From Octopus sinensis (taxonomy: Eukaryota): 64,000 bases of DNA. A program made the translations under genes and the position numbers. Numbering within the stretch: the stretch's first letter is position 1; the number at the start of each line of letters is the position of its first letter. This document shows positions 1 to 11,244 of this stretch, piece after piece. The DNA lies in NCBI RefSeq assembly GCF_006345805.1, contig NC_042997.1, forward strand, positions 203,608,001 through 203,672,000, in the 5' to 3' direction. Below the pieces are notes generated by a model, which saw only the letters and a list, made by a program, of their open reading frames with translations, was not told the DNA's origin and did no database searches.

Positions 1-300
1 AGCTTCCGGGACAGCAACTGAAACTGTGCTCCAGGATTCCTATCTTTGGGCACAAGGAACAAGCTGGTGATTCCAAATTTTCCTAGCAGAACAAGTTGAA
101 TGGGTTTAGAAAGACATTGTAAACTGCCTGAATTAGGAATTTTATCCGATGGGACTCCCCCCCTCCAGTGTCACCGCTTGATCTCCATCTTAACCAGTCT
201 CCCTGGCGCATCATCCCTACACAGTTGCTGGCTCGTTACTCCGCAGTCGAAGCTCGCACCTCATTCTGGGTAGATAGCCTCCTGTCCTTTCCTAGTCACA
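1..300 (-). mobile_element. Hero-like (restriction-endonuclease-type) non-LTR retrotransposon fragment, post-RT zinc-knuckle region, runs off the window edge
   Basis: Manual minus-strand translation gives NEVRAS..RASNCVGMMRQGDW..HRIKFLIQAVYNV..NLFC*ENLESPACSLCPKIGILEHSFSCCPEA. This matches my recollection of the 'RIKFLIQAVYD..P.C.LC...GTLEH.LS.C' region of Hero/NeSL-type elements. Stops and frameshifts present. Confidence 0.6.
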
Positions 301-756
301 TATTGTAGTGCTACAGGAATTCAACATAACCAACGACTATATCAATTTTGCCAGTCTGTAATGAACAGCAAGAGCCATGGGCAATGGTCCACTTACTGAA
401 CCTAAACATAAAATGTGAGAAGCAATTTTATTGAATAATAAACAAATGCACTGGCTCTGTTTTAATATTTTCGATGTTGTTATTAGCCTGCTAGTTAAAC
501 ATTTCCACAATCAACTAATCAATTGTTAGATTAATCGTTCGGTCAATAAATCACTCAGCTTCGTTCGATAAAGTCGTTTCGTCGCTCTTCACGACCTCAT
601 CTCTCTGCTCAAGGTCTGTATCCTAGTTTTGAGAGTTTATATTTATAGGGACAGAAGAATGCTAAAGAGAGAGAGAGTCACAGGGAGAGACGTGTATGTA
701 TGCGCAGGCGTACGTGTGCCTATTTGTGTAGCATGATGTGGATTCTGTGAACGTGT

Positions 757-946
757 CTTATTTCTTTACTGCCCTAACAGGGCTACACACAGAGGAGACA
801 AACAAGGACAGACAGACGGATTAAGTCTATTATATCGACCCCAGTGCTCAACTGATACTTATTTAATCGACCCCGAAAGGATGAAAGGCAAAGTCAACCT
901 CGGCGGAATTTGAACCCAGAACGTAACGGCAGACGAAATACCGCCT
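757..946 (-). mobile_element. SINE family A (tRNA-like head, GCCTTTCATCCTTTCGGGGTCGAT core), tail type 1
   Basis: Reverse complement has the B-box-like GTTCAAATTCC and the core. Other copies at about 2584-2780(-), 24281-24500(+), 27528-27748(+), 31198-31426(-), 34740-34930(-), 41051-41455(+). The core resembles the Meta-SINE domain (from memory). Confidence 0.8.
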
Positions 947-2080
947 TGAAGTTACCAAAATATTGCAAAACTTTTGGCTCAATACAATAATTATATTTCG
1001 CTTTTGGATTTGGTTTGCAAGATTCTTTATGTGAATTCGTATGTTGAAGCGTATTCTGTTGTGTCTGGGGAGAGTCATTCTCTTTTGGTGCCTCATAATT
1101 TAACACACTCACCGGCAAACTTTCCATTTATTTCTAGTTTTGAGTCAAAACTTTTGAAAAGGTTGCAAGACGCAACGAAAATTTTAGAAAAATTAAAAGA
1201 AATAAGTGGAAATTTTACTGGTGTCTTAAATTATGAGGCACCAAAAGAGAATGACTCTCCCCAGACACAACAGAATAATTATAATTTAACTGTTATTAAT
1301 TTACCTTTTTTATGTTATTTTTCTTTTTCTTTTCCCTGCAAATCTCCAACAACGCTTTTCCAAATTAGTTTCTTATATTTGTAGTTTCATTAATTAAAAA
1401 AACATTTCACACAAACATTCAATAATATGGTCCAAATCATTGTAAATATGCTGTGCTTGTTTAGAGATGGTATATTAAATACTTATTTTTTTCTTTTCTT
1501 TTTTATTGTGAACAAAACAGTATTTGCTTAAAATTGAAAACGAAATAAAAATTTTAAAAGAAGTATAAAATATTTACCAGTGTTATTTTTCTGCAACTTT
1601 TCTTCTCAGAGAATTCAAAGACGTTCAAAGAATTTCACAGGTTACAACGATGTCGTCTGCTCTTGAAATCACGTGACACCCCCTCCTCCCACTGTCGACG
1701 GCTACTTAACTGTTACACAGCCGTCTCATAGAATTGACATTCTGATATTCCGGAATGTCTACCAAAACTTTAAACTATAGCGCTTTATTGTTTAAAAAGT
1801 ATATTATCTAATGAGTAATCACATCAGTTTAATAATTCTTAATGATCACAGTTTTTTATTTACACTGCATGCGTAGAATCTCCAAATATTTACAAAAATC
1901 CATATTTTTGTAAATTGTCTATTCTTTTACTTGTTTCAGTCATTTGGCTGCTGCCATGTTGGAGCACTGCCTTTAGTCGAACAAATCGATCCCAAGACTT
2001 ATTCTTTGTAAGCCTAGTGATTATTCTATCGGTCAGTTTTGCCGAACTGCTAAGTAACGTAGATGTAAATACAGCAACAT
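836..2080. repeat. Copy 1 of a ~1.24-kb local duplication (copy 2 at 2644-3901)
   Basis: Near-identical sequence at an offset of about 1810-1830, e.g. gttaccaaaatattgcaaaac at ~951 and ~2782, caggttacaacgatgtcgtctgc at ~1639 and ~3471. Confidence 0.95.
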
Positions 2081-2270
2081 CATGTTTATTAAAACAAAAA
2101 ATATTTGCTAATAAAAACAAAAAAAGTAAAATTCTTCACGGAACTTTTCAAAAACATCTTTTGGTTGTTTTAAAATCAATTTTAATTCGGTATGTTTTTA
2201 AAGCTACATAATTACGTTATTTCACTCTTTTTTTTTCTTTTTTTTTTTTAATATCCATTCTAAAAATATC

Positions 2271-2820
2271 GTCAGAAAGTAACTGGGGTTCACGGTCAGA
2301 AAGTAACTGTGTGGTCAGACAGTAACTGTGTTTCATGGTTTATCAGTTCTTTCCTTGATCCATGGCTCACTTCCTACGTTCGCGATGCTTCGTCAATCCA
2401 GAGGAGGTGGAAGCTTCAGTAGAGGAGTTCTTTGCCTCGAAGGACAAAAACTGGTATCACCGAGAGATCAAAGAACACTGCAGAAAGATGGCTTCAGACG
2501 GTACCTCATGATGGCCTCTATTTTGAAGGCTGATATGCGTTTGTTATAACATGCCACAAAAGGAAATAAGTTACCAAAATATTCTTTTCTACTCTAGGCA
2601 CGGGGCCCGAAATTTTTAGTGGTGAGGAGCCAGTCGATTAGCTCGACCCCAGTGTGTAACTGCTACTTATTTAATCGACCCCGAAAGGATGAAAGGCAAA
2701 GTCGATTTCGGCGGAATTTGAACCCAGAACATAATGACAGACGAAATACTGCTAATGTTTCTGGCAGCTCGCTTCCTTGGAGTTACCAAAATATTGCAAA
2801 ACTTTTGGCTCAATACAATA
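2271..2820 (+). mobile_element. Mariner transposon remnant (transposase C-terminus plus right TIR), interrupted by a SINE A insertion
   Basis: 2362-2533 translates with one frameshift as MAHFLRSRCFVNPEEVEASVEEFFASKDKNWYHREIKEH/AERWLQTVPHDGLYFEG*, typical of a mariner C-terminus. SINE at 2584-2780 is flanked by the 15-bp direct repeat agttaccaaaatatt. TIR-like end ..gcaaaacttttggctcaatacaata. Three copies of gtcagaMagtaactg at 2271-2328. Confidence 0.75.
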
Positions 2821-3901
2821 ATTATATTTCGCTTTTGGATTTGGTTTGCAACATTCTTTATGTGAGTTCGTGTGTTGAAGCGTATTCTGTTGTGTCTGGG
2901 GAGAGTCATTCTCTTTTGGTGCCTTATAATTTAACAAACTCACCGGCAAACTTTCCACTTATCTCTAGTTTTGAGTCAAAACTTTTGAAAAGGTTGCAAG
3001 ACGCAACGAAAATTTTAGAAAAATTAAAAGAAATAAGTGGAAATTTTACTGGTGTCTTAAATTATGAGGCACCAAAAGAGAATGACTCTCCCCAGACACA
3101 ACAGAATAATTATAATTTAACTGTTATTAATTTACCTTTTTTATGTTATTTTTCTTTTTTCTTTTCCCTGCAAATCTCCAACAACGCTTTTCCAAATTAG
3201 TTTCTTATATATTGTAGTTTCATTAATTAAAAAAACATTTCACACAAACATTCAATAATATGGTCCAAATCATTGTAATTATGATGTGCTTGTTTAGAGA
3301 TGGTATATTAAATACTTATTTTTTTCTTTTCTTTTTTATTGTGAACAAAACAGTATTTGCTTAAAATTGAAAACGAAATAAAAATTTTAAAAGAAGTATA
3401 AAATATTTACCAGTGTTATTTTTCTGCAACTTTTCTTCTCAGAGAATTCAAAGACGTTCAAAGAATTTCACAGGTTACAACGATGTCGTCTGCTCCTGAA
3501 ATCACGTGACACCCCCTCCTCCCACTGTCGTCGACTACTTAACTGTTACACAGCGGTCTCATAGAATTGACATTCTGATATTCCGGAATGTCTACCAAAA
3601 CTTTAAACTATAGCGCTTTATTGTTTAAAAAGTATATTATCTAATGAGTAATCACATCAGTTTAATTAATTTTAATGATCCCAGTTTTTATTTACACTGC
3701 ATGCGTAGAATCCCCGAATATTTACAAAAATCCATATTTTTGTAAATTGTCTTTTATTCTTTTACATTTTTCGGCCATGTTGGAGCACTGCCTTCAGTCG
3801 AACAAATCGACTCCAGGACTTATTCTTTGTAAGCCTAGAGCTTATTCTATCGGTGAGTTTTGCCGAACCGCTAAGTAACGGGAAGTAAACATACCAACAT
3901 C
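2644..3901. repeat. Copy 2 of the ~1.24-kb local duplication
   Basis: Aligns to 836-2080 with scattered substitutions. Confidence 0.95.
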
Positions 3902-4112
3902 GATTGTCAAGCGATGGTGGGAGAACAAGCACTCACACACACACACACATATACATACGATTGACTTCTTTCAGTTTTCGTCTACCAAATCCAATCCCAA
4001 TGCTTTGGTCAGCCTGAGGCTGTAGTAGAAGACACTTGCCCATGGTGCCACGCAGTGGGACTGAACCTGGAAACATGTGATTGAGAAGCAATCCTCTTAC
4101 CACGCCTGCGTC
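3745..4112 (-). mobile_element. SINE family B (GGTTCAGTCCCAC B-box-like head, GGCACCTTGGGCAAGTGTC core, internal CA/TA microsatellite)
   Basis: Other copies at about 19535-19865(-), 23905-24062(-), 27175-27335(-), 30320-30485(-), 33795-34135(-), 35110-35420(-), 59455-59790(+), 62300-63030(-). Confidence 0.8.
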
Positions 4113-5825
4113 TATATATTATAATTCTTTAAAAACTACTAAAATTTTTCTTCGCCTACATTTATTAAGAAAAACGTCTCAAAGTAATAAGTCTTTCTTA
4201 TTTTCTAGAATGTTTTAATCATTTATCAGTATAATATATAAGGTGATGCGCTGGAGAATCTTTAGCACACCAGACTAAGTGCTTGGCAGCATTTCATCTG
4301 TCTTTATTTTCTGAGTTCTTTAGGATCAATGAAATAAGTACCATTTGACCAGTTGTGCTGATGTAATCAACTAGCCGCCATCCCACAAAATTTTGGGCCT
4401 TGTGCTCATAGTAAAAAGGATCATTTATCAATATAATAAGATGGCAGGCTGGCAGAATCGCTAAAGCTTCAGAAAAATGCTTTGTGTTATTTGTTCCAAT
4501 TCTTTACATTCCGAGTTCAAACCTTGTTGAAGTCAACTTCACCCTTTTTCTGTAGTCGATAAAATAAAGTACCAATTAAGTACTGGGATTGGTGTAATTG
4601 ATTAGCCTCATCACCCAAATTTAAAAACAATTATCAATATATTTTATACATCATATACTGGATTATGGTTGATTATCATCCCCTTGTAATTGCTGCTGAG
4701 CCGCATTTGGTTACCTAACCAATATATTTATATATATATCTATTGATTACATACCCAATATATATATATATATATATGGTGGTTGTGTACTCCTTATGCA
4801 GTTTGACCACCTCCTGTACCCACACCTCAGATATTAATTAACATCATGATTTAAAGTCTTCCCTTACCCAGCCTTTTTTTTATAGACAGTTACTTATATC
4901 CAACTGACTGCTCCTAATGTCTTCTTTCCTCTCTGAAGAAAAGGGGTACATATGATAACATTTATGACCATACTTAGCCCTTAGCTGTCAACTCACTCTT
5001 GTCCTTTATTCAAAATAGACACAGTCTTCTAGTCTTACATATAGTAGTTGATAAAGAGATAAATGAATTAGAAATATATTACAATCCCTTATAACACTAT
5101 GACCCCAATAAGCTTCATGCGATTCTTGAAAGTCTCTCTCTTTTCAATATTTATTTTTTGCTTGCAATAGCCAGTTCTTTTGGTCACACAATTCTATCTC
5201 CAGCTGCTTCAGATGCCAAGATATCAAAAATTGTCAAAATGTAGTACAATGGTTTTGCTATGGAATGGTGAAACTATTTTTTTTCAGTTTCTGAAAAAGC
5301 AATGTTTTGGACTTGCGACACTTTAGCATAATAGCAACAATATAACCCCTTTCTATCCTCATTTCTGATCACTCCCTCTCCCTCCTCTTGTTCTTACCTC
5401 TGGCTAGGTAGCCTTTACAGCAGCACACCTCTTTCCTGTTAACTTTCTGTCTCTAGGTAGCCATGTACCTCCTCTACAGCAAAACATGTTTCTGTCTCTC
5501 TGTTGCACTCTAACCTTTTATCATCGAACATATGATCACCTCCTCCAATGCCCCCTCACCTCTCAAAGATTTCTTGCCTTGCAAAGTTACTTGGTAACCC
5601 TGCCAGTGCAGAAGCAACTTAAAAAGCATCCAGTCTACACTGTAAAGTGGTTGGCATTTGAAAGGACATCCAGCTGCAAAAACCATACCAAAACTGACCT
5701 CGCCTGTGTTGGTGCCACATAAAAAGCACTCAGCCCACTCTGGCAAATCCTTACCTGCTGATCAATTTCTTTTATCTCTTCTCAGTTTCCCAGCCATGCT
5801 TATGCCTATATATAGATATAGATAG

Positions 5826-8800
5826 ATATCTTTTTATTATGGCCACACAGGGCTAAACACAGAGTGTAGACGAAATACAATGTAGAGTTTTTCTTTTCGC
5901 GGTGGGATGGGTGGAACACACAAAGAAAAAGTTCGATCAATAGGGATAGTTGGGCTGTGTGGTGTACAAAAAAAAGAAATATATAAAGTTCCCCCCTCCC
6001 AAAAAAAGGGGAATCGATATTGTTCACAGTTTAGGTATAGCCTTGGAGAGAAAAACCTACAAATTAGACCAAGGTCACCTCAGGCAGTTCAAAATGTACA
6101 TAAGAGTAGGTACCTTTTCTCTCGTTTTCTCTTTTTGTTATAGATTTATGCTTAAAATGGTGTCGTCTTTCATACTTGCCACAGTTACCCATTTTTTATT
6201 GAAACTTTCATTCGATAACATTTCCTCTCTATTCTCATCCTCCTTTTCAAGTGGTACTTGAAAAAGTTGACAAGAGACTAACCAGAGAGGAAAATGTTTG
6301 TTTGTAAGCCTTTCAAACATATCCACCATACGCATTCTTTCGCCATAGCTATCAATGTTACAAAAACTGTTTTTCCTTCTTGTTTAAAGGAAGGTGGCGG
6401 AACAATATTCACAATAGACTCGGCTGATAAGTGGGCCCATCCCACACACGACAACAGTCCACAGCTTTGAAATATCTGGACACTGCACGAGTGCATGCAG
6501 AACGGTTTCATCGCTCTGACCACATCTCGAGCAGGTCGGTCCAGTGGTTTTCAAACCATGTCTGTAGATCTTCTCTCAAACTGGTAGTGCATCCCGATAG
6601 CATTGCCAAGCCAGGGATCTCTGGAAGTTATCCGTACACCCCGGCCCAAACGTCGTCCTGAAAAGACGGGTTAGGAATTTCTCGTCGACACCCAGGTTTG
6701 CCCCAAGAGTGTTGTCGGACCTCCCCTCCACTAATCCTCTATAGAACGCATTGGATGTTTGGAAGTTGCACAAGTTTGATCCTGGACAGCAGAGCTGCTG
6801 TAGAGCTTGGCGACACTTGTGGTGCCAATCGCCCAGTTTCGGTCTCTTTTTAATCCATGTTCGCATTCAGTGAGTGAGACAAGCTGAGGGAAGGCGTGCC
6901 TCACCTGTTCAGTCATCAATGAAGTTCCAGAGATGCCGCAGTCTCAGCGCATGTCTGCGCATCATTAACCACGGCATCCCCAGTTCTTACATTTAAGGGA
7001 TGTTGACAGCAAATGGATCACCTCCCCATCGGAACACTACCCTTCCACAGAAAGTGAAAAAGTATGTGTTCAAGTTTCGTGATGGTGGCATCAGAACAAG
7101 GCACAACGGTCAGGTGGTAATCGATGTCTGATGCGATATACGCATTATCCACCTCTGCCCGACCTTTTAGAGATAGCTTTCTCTCAGTCCATGTTTGGCT
7201 GAGAGTGACCACTCTACTCTTGATCTCATCCCAGTTCTTATCCATTTGGAGGTCCGGACTGAACCAGACCTCAAGCAGTTTAACCGGTCTGTCCGTACAA
7301 CGTCCCACTACGGAGTCACTGTTGGACGGTATGGGCTTGCTTCTCCAGGTGCCAAGTAACAAACCCACCGACTTTTCCAGGTTAAATTTTGCTCCCGTCA
7401 CCGTTTCATATTCTTTTAGTGTCTCACCTAGCATCTCGATGTGCTTTTGGCTCGACACTATGACGGTGACATCGTCCGCATATGCCAACACACTTGTCCC
7501 GCAACCCAGTTCCCGTGGAATACCCCTCAGTGTCACCACCTTCCGGAGGCACAAAGCACAAACACGCGCCGTACCAAGCAGAACCATCCATGACAACCTC
7601 CATCTGATGCGCTACATTGTGAACAGGATAGTTAAGGATCCTGACATGGGTGGGGCACTGATCAATTTGGATTAATCTAAAGCCTTTGATAGGGTCGACC
7701 ATCAGTACCTGGCGGCCGTCCTCAGGGTGGCTGGCTTTGGTCCCATCTTCCACGGTTGGCTTGCTACCTTGTATAGCAGCATCGGATCGGTAATTTGGGT
7801 GAACGGTCACCTATCAAAACCGTTTGACATCACGTTCGGTCCATCAGGGATGTCCCCTGTTGGCGCTTCTGTATGTATTGACTCTCAAATTTGTGATCTG
7901 TGTAGCTGACTATTTTAAATTGTGGACATCCTACACTATCTCTATCCTCTGTCCTACATAGAACTCTATCTAGATACGATCTCAACGATCCGACGCAGTT
8001 TGTCCAAGTCCACATTGGCACATTCGGATAGTCAAGTCGGAACTTGTCAGACAAATGGAAACGTCTGAGCAGGTCTTTGAGGCACTTACATCCTCTTCTA
8101 TTCCTATCCATACCCACATAGTCTAGATGCGTGTCCAAGTTAGCGTTCCAGTCCCCTACTAACAGTAAAGGTCGAGACGTTCCCAGGAAAACCTCTAGAC
8201 ATCTGAAGAAATCCGCGCAACCCGTTAAGGACGGTGCATACACTGCCATCAGACGGAAAGCACACTCATTACTGCCATCCACGTCCAAGACAACCAGCCT
8301 ACCCTCCGGGTCTAGAAATATTGGTCTTACTTTTACGTTTAGACTCTTCCGAAAAAGCACTGCGGTACCACCACCACCCATGTTTGGCAGGCAGAGAGAA
8401 AAATAAATGTCAAATTGTCCGCCAAACATGGACGCGAGGACCTGCGGGTTATTGAGTCTGGTTTCACTGATAGCTACTATATCAATGTTCAGTGACTTGA
8501 TATCATTTAGAAGATAACCTTACTTCCAAGCTGATGCCAACCTAATTTAAGCATAATTCATGGTCGAAAATTTGTGTTTCACACACAACAGTTAAAGAGA
8601 GGTTACTTACTCGTTTCGAAAGTTTTAGTAGTTTCCTCCTCTTTTAAAATATCTTGGAGGAGGTTTTTAAAAAGTTTTTTTGACAAATATTTTTGGAACC
8701 CACCGAACACATTTGGAAAGAGGGTTTTGAGTGTGTGGTGCTGCGTTTGTGTGACATGTACTATTTTTATGTGTGTCGGTGGTGTAGTGTGTGGATGGTT

Positions 8801-8960
8801 GTTTAGTTTAAAATCATCTTCACAAATGTTTGTGTGAGATGCGATGTAGCTCATTAGTTTTGTATTTTCTGTGTCTATTGCTGTTAGCAGTGTATGTTTT
8901 TGTGGCGTCGTTGCTGGTTTGATTGTGTAAGGGGCTTTCAGGAGTTACATATCTCCCTGC
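5826..8960 (-). mobile_element. Tx1/L1-like LINE, internally deleted, with an internal inverted RT segment
   Basis: APE endonuclease in ORF 7830-8429 (GTAVLF, VYAP, GDWNA, SYLDRV, TDHK). RT C-half in ORF 7018-7596 (AYADDVTV). RT N-half on the opposite strand at ~7552-7886 (LINLD*SKAFDRVDH). ORF2 C-terminus at ~6160-6430 and 3'UTR to ~5826. Confidence 0.9.
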
Positions 8961-9169
8961 TTTACTTGCATTTGCTTATTTGGTTTTTTTGGATCTTTTC
9001 CTTTTACCCCCTGTGGAAATGAATGACAGTGACAACCATTTACAATTATCATGAGATAAACACACACAAATACATTAAAAACAACTGAATACAGAAACAA
9101 TAATATATTAAAATGAATGCAATTGATATTTCTTTCAAATAATATTTTTAAAAAAAGTAACCTGGATAA

Positions 9170-9175
9170 TTTATT
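9170..9175 (-). terminator. Probable polyadenylation signal (AATAAA) of POLR2G
   Basis: First AATAAA I found on the minus strand, ~150 nt after the stop codon. Confidence 0.45.
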
Positions 9176-9324
9176 TAATGTATTTTTGAATTATAAAATA
9201 TGATTTGAGATTTCATAACAAAGTGTTTGAAATCAAAATAATGCAGTCAAGATGTAGTAAAAACACATGAAGAAATGGCATAGTTTTGTAGTGTCTGATT
9301 CTTAAATAGTCTTGGTTGTTACAT

Positions 9325-9599
9325 TTAACTAACTAAACCAAGGAAATCGTCCATAAGTGTTCCAATAGCAAAAATATCTTTTGCATCTACTCTTGTACCA
9401 ACAATTTTGATACGTATTTCATCTTCCTGTTGGATAACAACATCTTCGTCTTTGGTTTTATAGCAGTGCGGATTTGAATTAGGATCGAATTCCATATCAG
9501 CAGGAATAGAATGTCGGGAGATAAAACATGACAAAGGTCCAATATCAGTAAATAAGCCAACTTTATTTACTTGGGTTACAACTGCATCAAACACCTCTC
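9325..9599 (-). CDS. POLR2G: RNA polymerase II subunit RPB7, coding exon 2 (275 nt, phase 1, to TAA)
   Basis: Acceptor ..cacatttAG|GA GAG GTG, then [37 protein letters not shown]. Exons of 244+275 = 519 nt give 172 aa, the length of human RPB7. Confidence 0.98.
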
Positions 9600-11244
9600 C
9601 TAAATGTGATGGGAGAGAAAAAACAAGAAAAAAAAAGAGTTATTAAATTTAAAATTTTTCTCATTATGGTTTGAAAAAATTACAATATATTTTAAAAATA
9701 TAAAATATTCTGAATAAATTTACAATAATGTATAACCTAGGTGTTTACTTTAGTAATGGAATTCTGACACCTATGACAGACGATTCTCATCTGCTACAAC
9801 CTATGTGTGCTTTTATGAGGATGCTCAAGTAACAGATATTGGTAGCAACAAAGGTAACAAAATCAGGATGGATGAGAAAAAGAACAATCGGATTCTTCAA
9901 CCCACTAAAATTTTCTTCTAAATTTTATCAACATGATTGTAATCTAAACCCATGAAAATGTATTCCTGCAAAATTTCATGTAAGAAAAACACACATTTTT
10001 CTGAAAATTATAAGAAAACAGTCGAGGGGCACCAGTCTGTTGTTATAGTCAAATCTATTCATAAAACAACTGTGGAAAAACGCTAAACAATCTTTTAAAC
10101 TAATGTATAAACATTTTGGTTAAGTTGTTGAATCTGTAAGTACAAAATCTCTAGTACAAAACAAACAGGATCACATAGAAACAGGTTGGACTCCCCAAAT
10201 GTTTTCATACATTCTTAAGTATGGTGCTTCATCGTTTATAAAATATATTTATAATTTGGTAATTAAGTCAGTTGAATAATTTTAAGTAATCACGGGTTAG
10301 TTTTCATTTGGCTCATAAGGTCTTATGTACACTTACTAAACTTAGGAGAATCTCTGAAGATCTACAAAATTCTAAGGGATGCAGCTGTTTTGTGTCTTTA
10401 AAAATATACAATAAAACAGTATGAGTATTCACATATGCAAAACTGTTAATTCATTAGTTAAGTGAATGAATGGAGCATTTTGTTTCTATGTTTATGTATT
10501 TTATCTGTTAATGTTTCTTAGCTAAACTCCATTGACGAGAAATTTCTCAACTTTGTCCGATTATAATAATTACCTTCTCTTGATTATTCTAGGGACTCAA
10601 AGGTACTAGAAATAGCAGCCAAATTTCTCTCATCTTATCTCTACTTTAATAAAGGGCACCTTGTGATACTGGATATAATGTTTGTAAAGTCAAACAGATG
10701 AGATAATTAGAACAGAAATGCTTTTGAAAATAAGTCTACTGGATCAGAAGCCGGTTTGCAGTTAAAGAAAATAATAGTATTTTTGTTTTAGGAAAGAAAG
10801 CAGGAATGTAATGTGCTCATGGCTTTCCAAGAATTGGAGGCTAATGCAGAATTGCACCTCTCCTGGGAAAATGCATTTTTTTAAAACGATTTTTTCAGAT
10901 TCCTACATTTTAGATGTCGAATATACAAAAAAAAACACCTTTTCAAATTTCATCCTGCCCCTTCCCCCACCCCACCAATTTAAATTGAACTTTTTTTCAA
11001 AATTTTGTTTAAAATCACCTTTTCCAAATTTAAAATGCCCACCTCAACCTCCCCTCCCCGCAAATTTTAAATTTTTCAAATTTCACCCCGTTTCTTCGGT
11101 GGACCTGACACGCACACACACAAAACAGACATTTCTGATTTCTTTTTTCAGCAGGTTCCTATGTTTTCAATGACAGAAATTCCAAATATACAAGAAACCA
11201 CATTTTCAAAATTTTCAATAAAATAGGCAGGCAGGTAGGCAGAT

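Noticed and set aside
974-3200. 136-aa and 193-aa ORFs (974-1384, 2619-3200)
   Set aside because: They run across SINE, mariner TIR and inverted-repeat sequence; similarity to each other comes from the duplication; no protein motif.
9325-9594. Stand-alone GTG-initiated 89-aa ORF
   Set aside because: It is exon 2 of POLR2G, entered through the acceptor at 9600.
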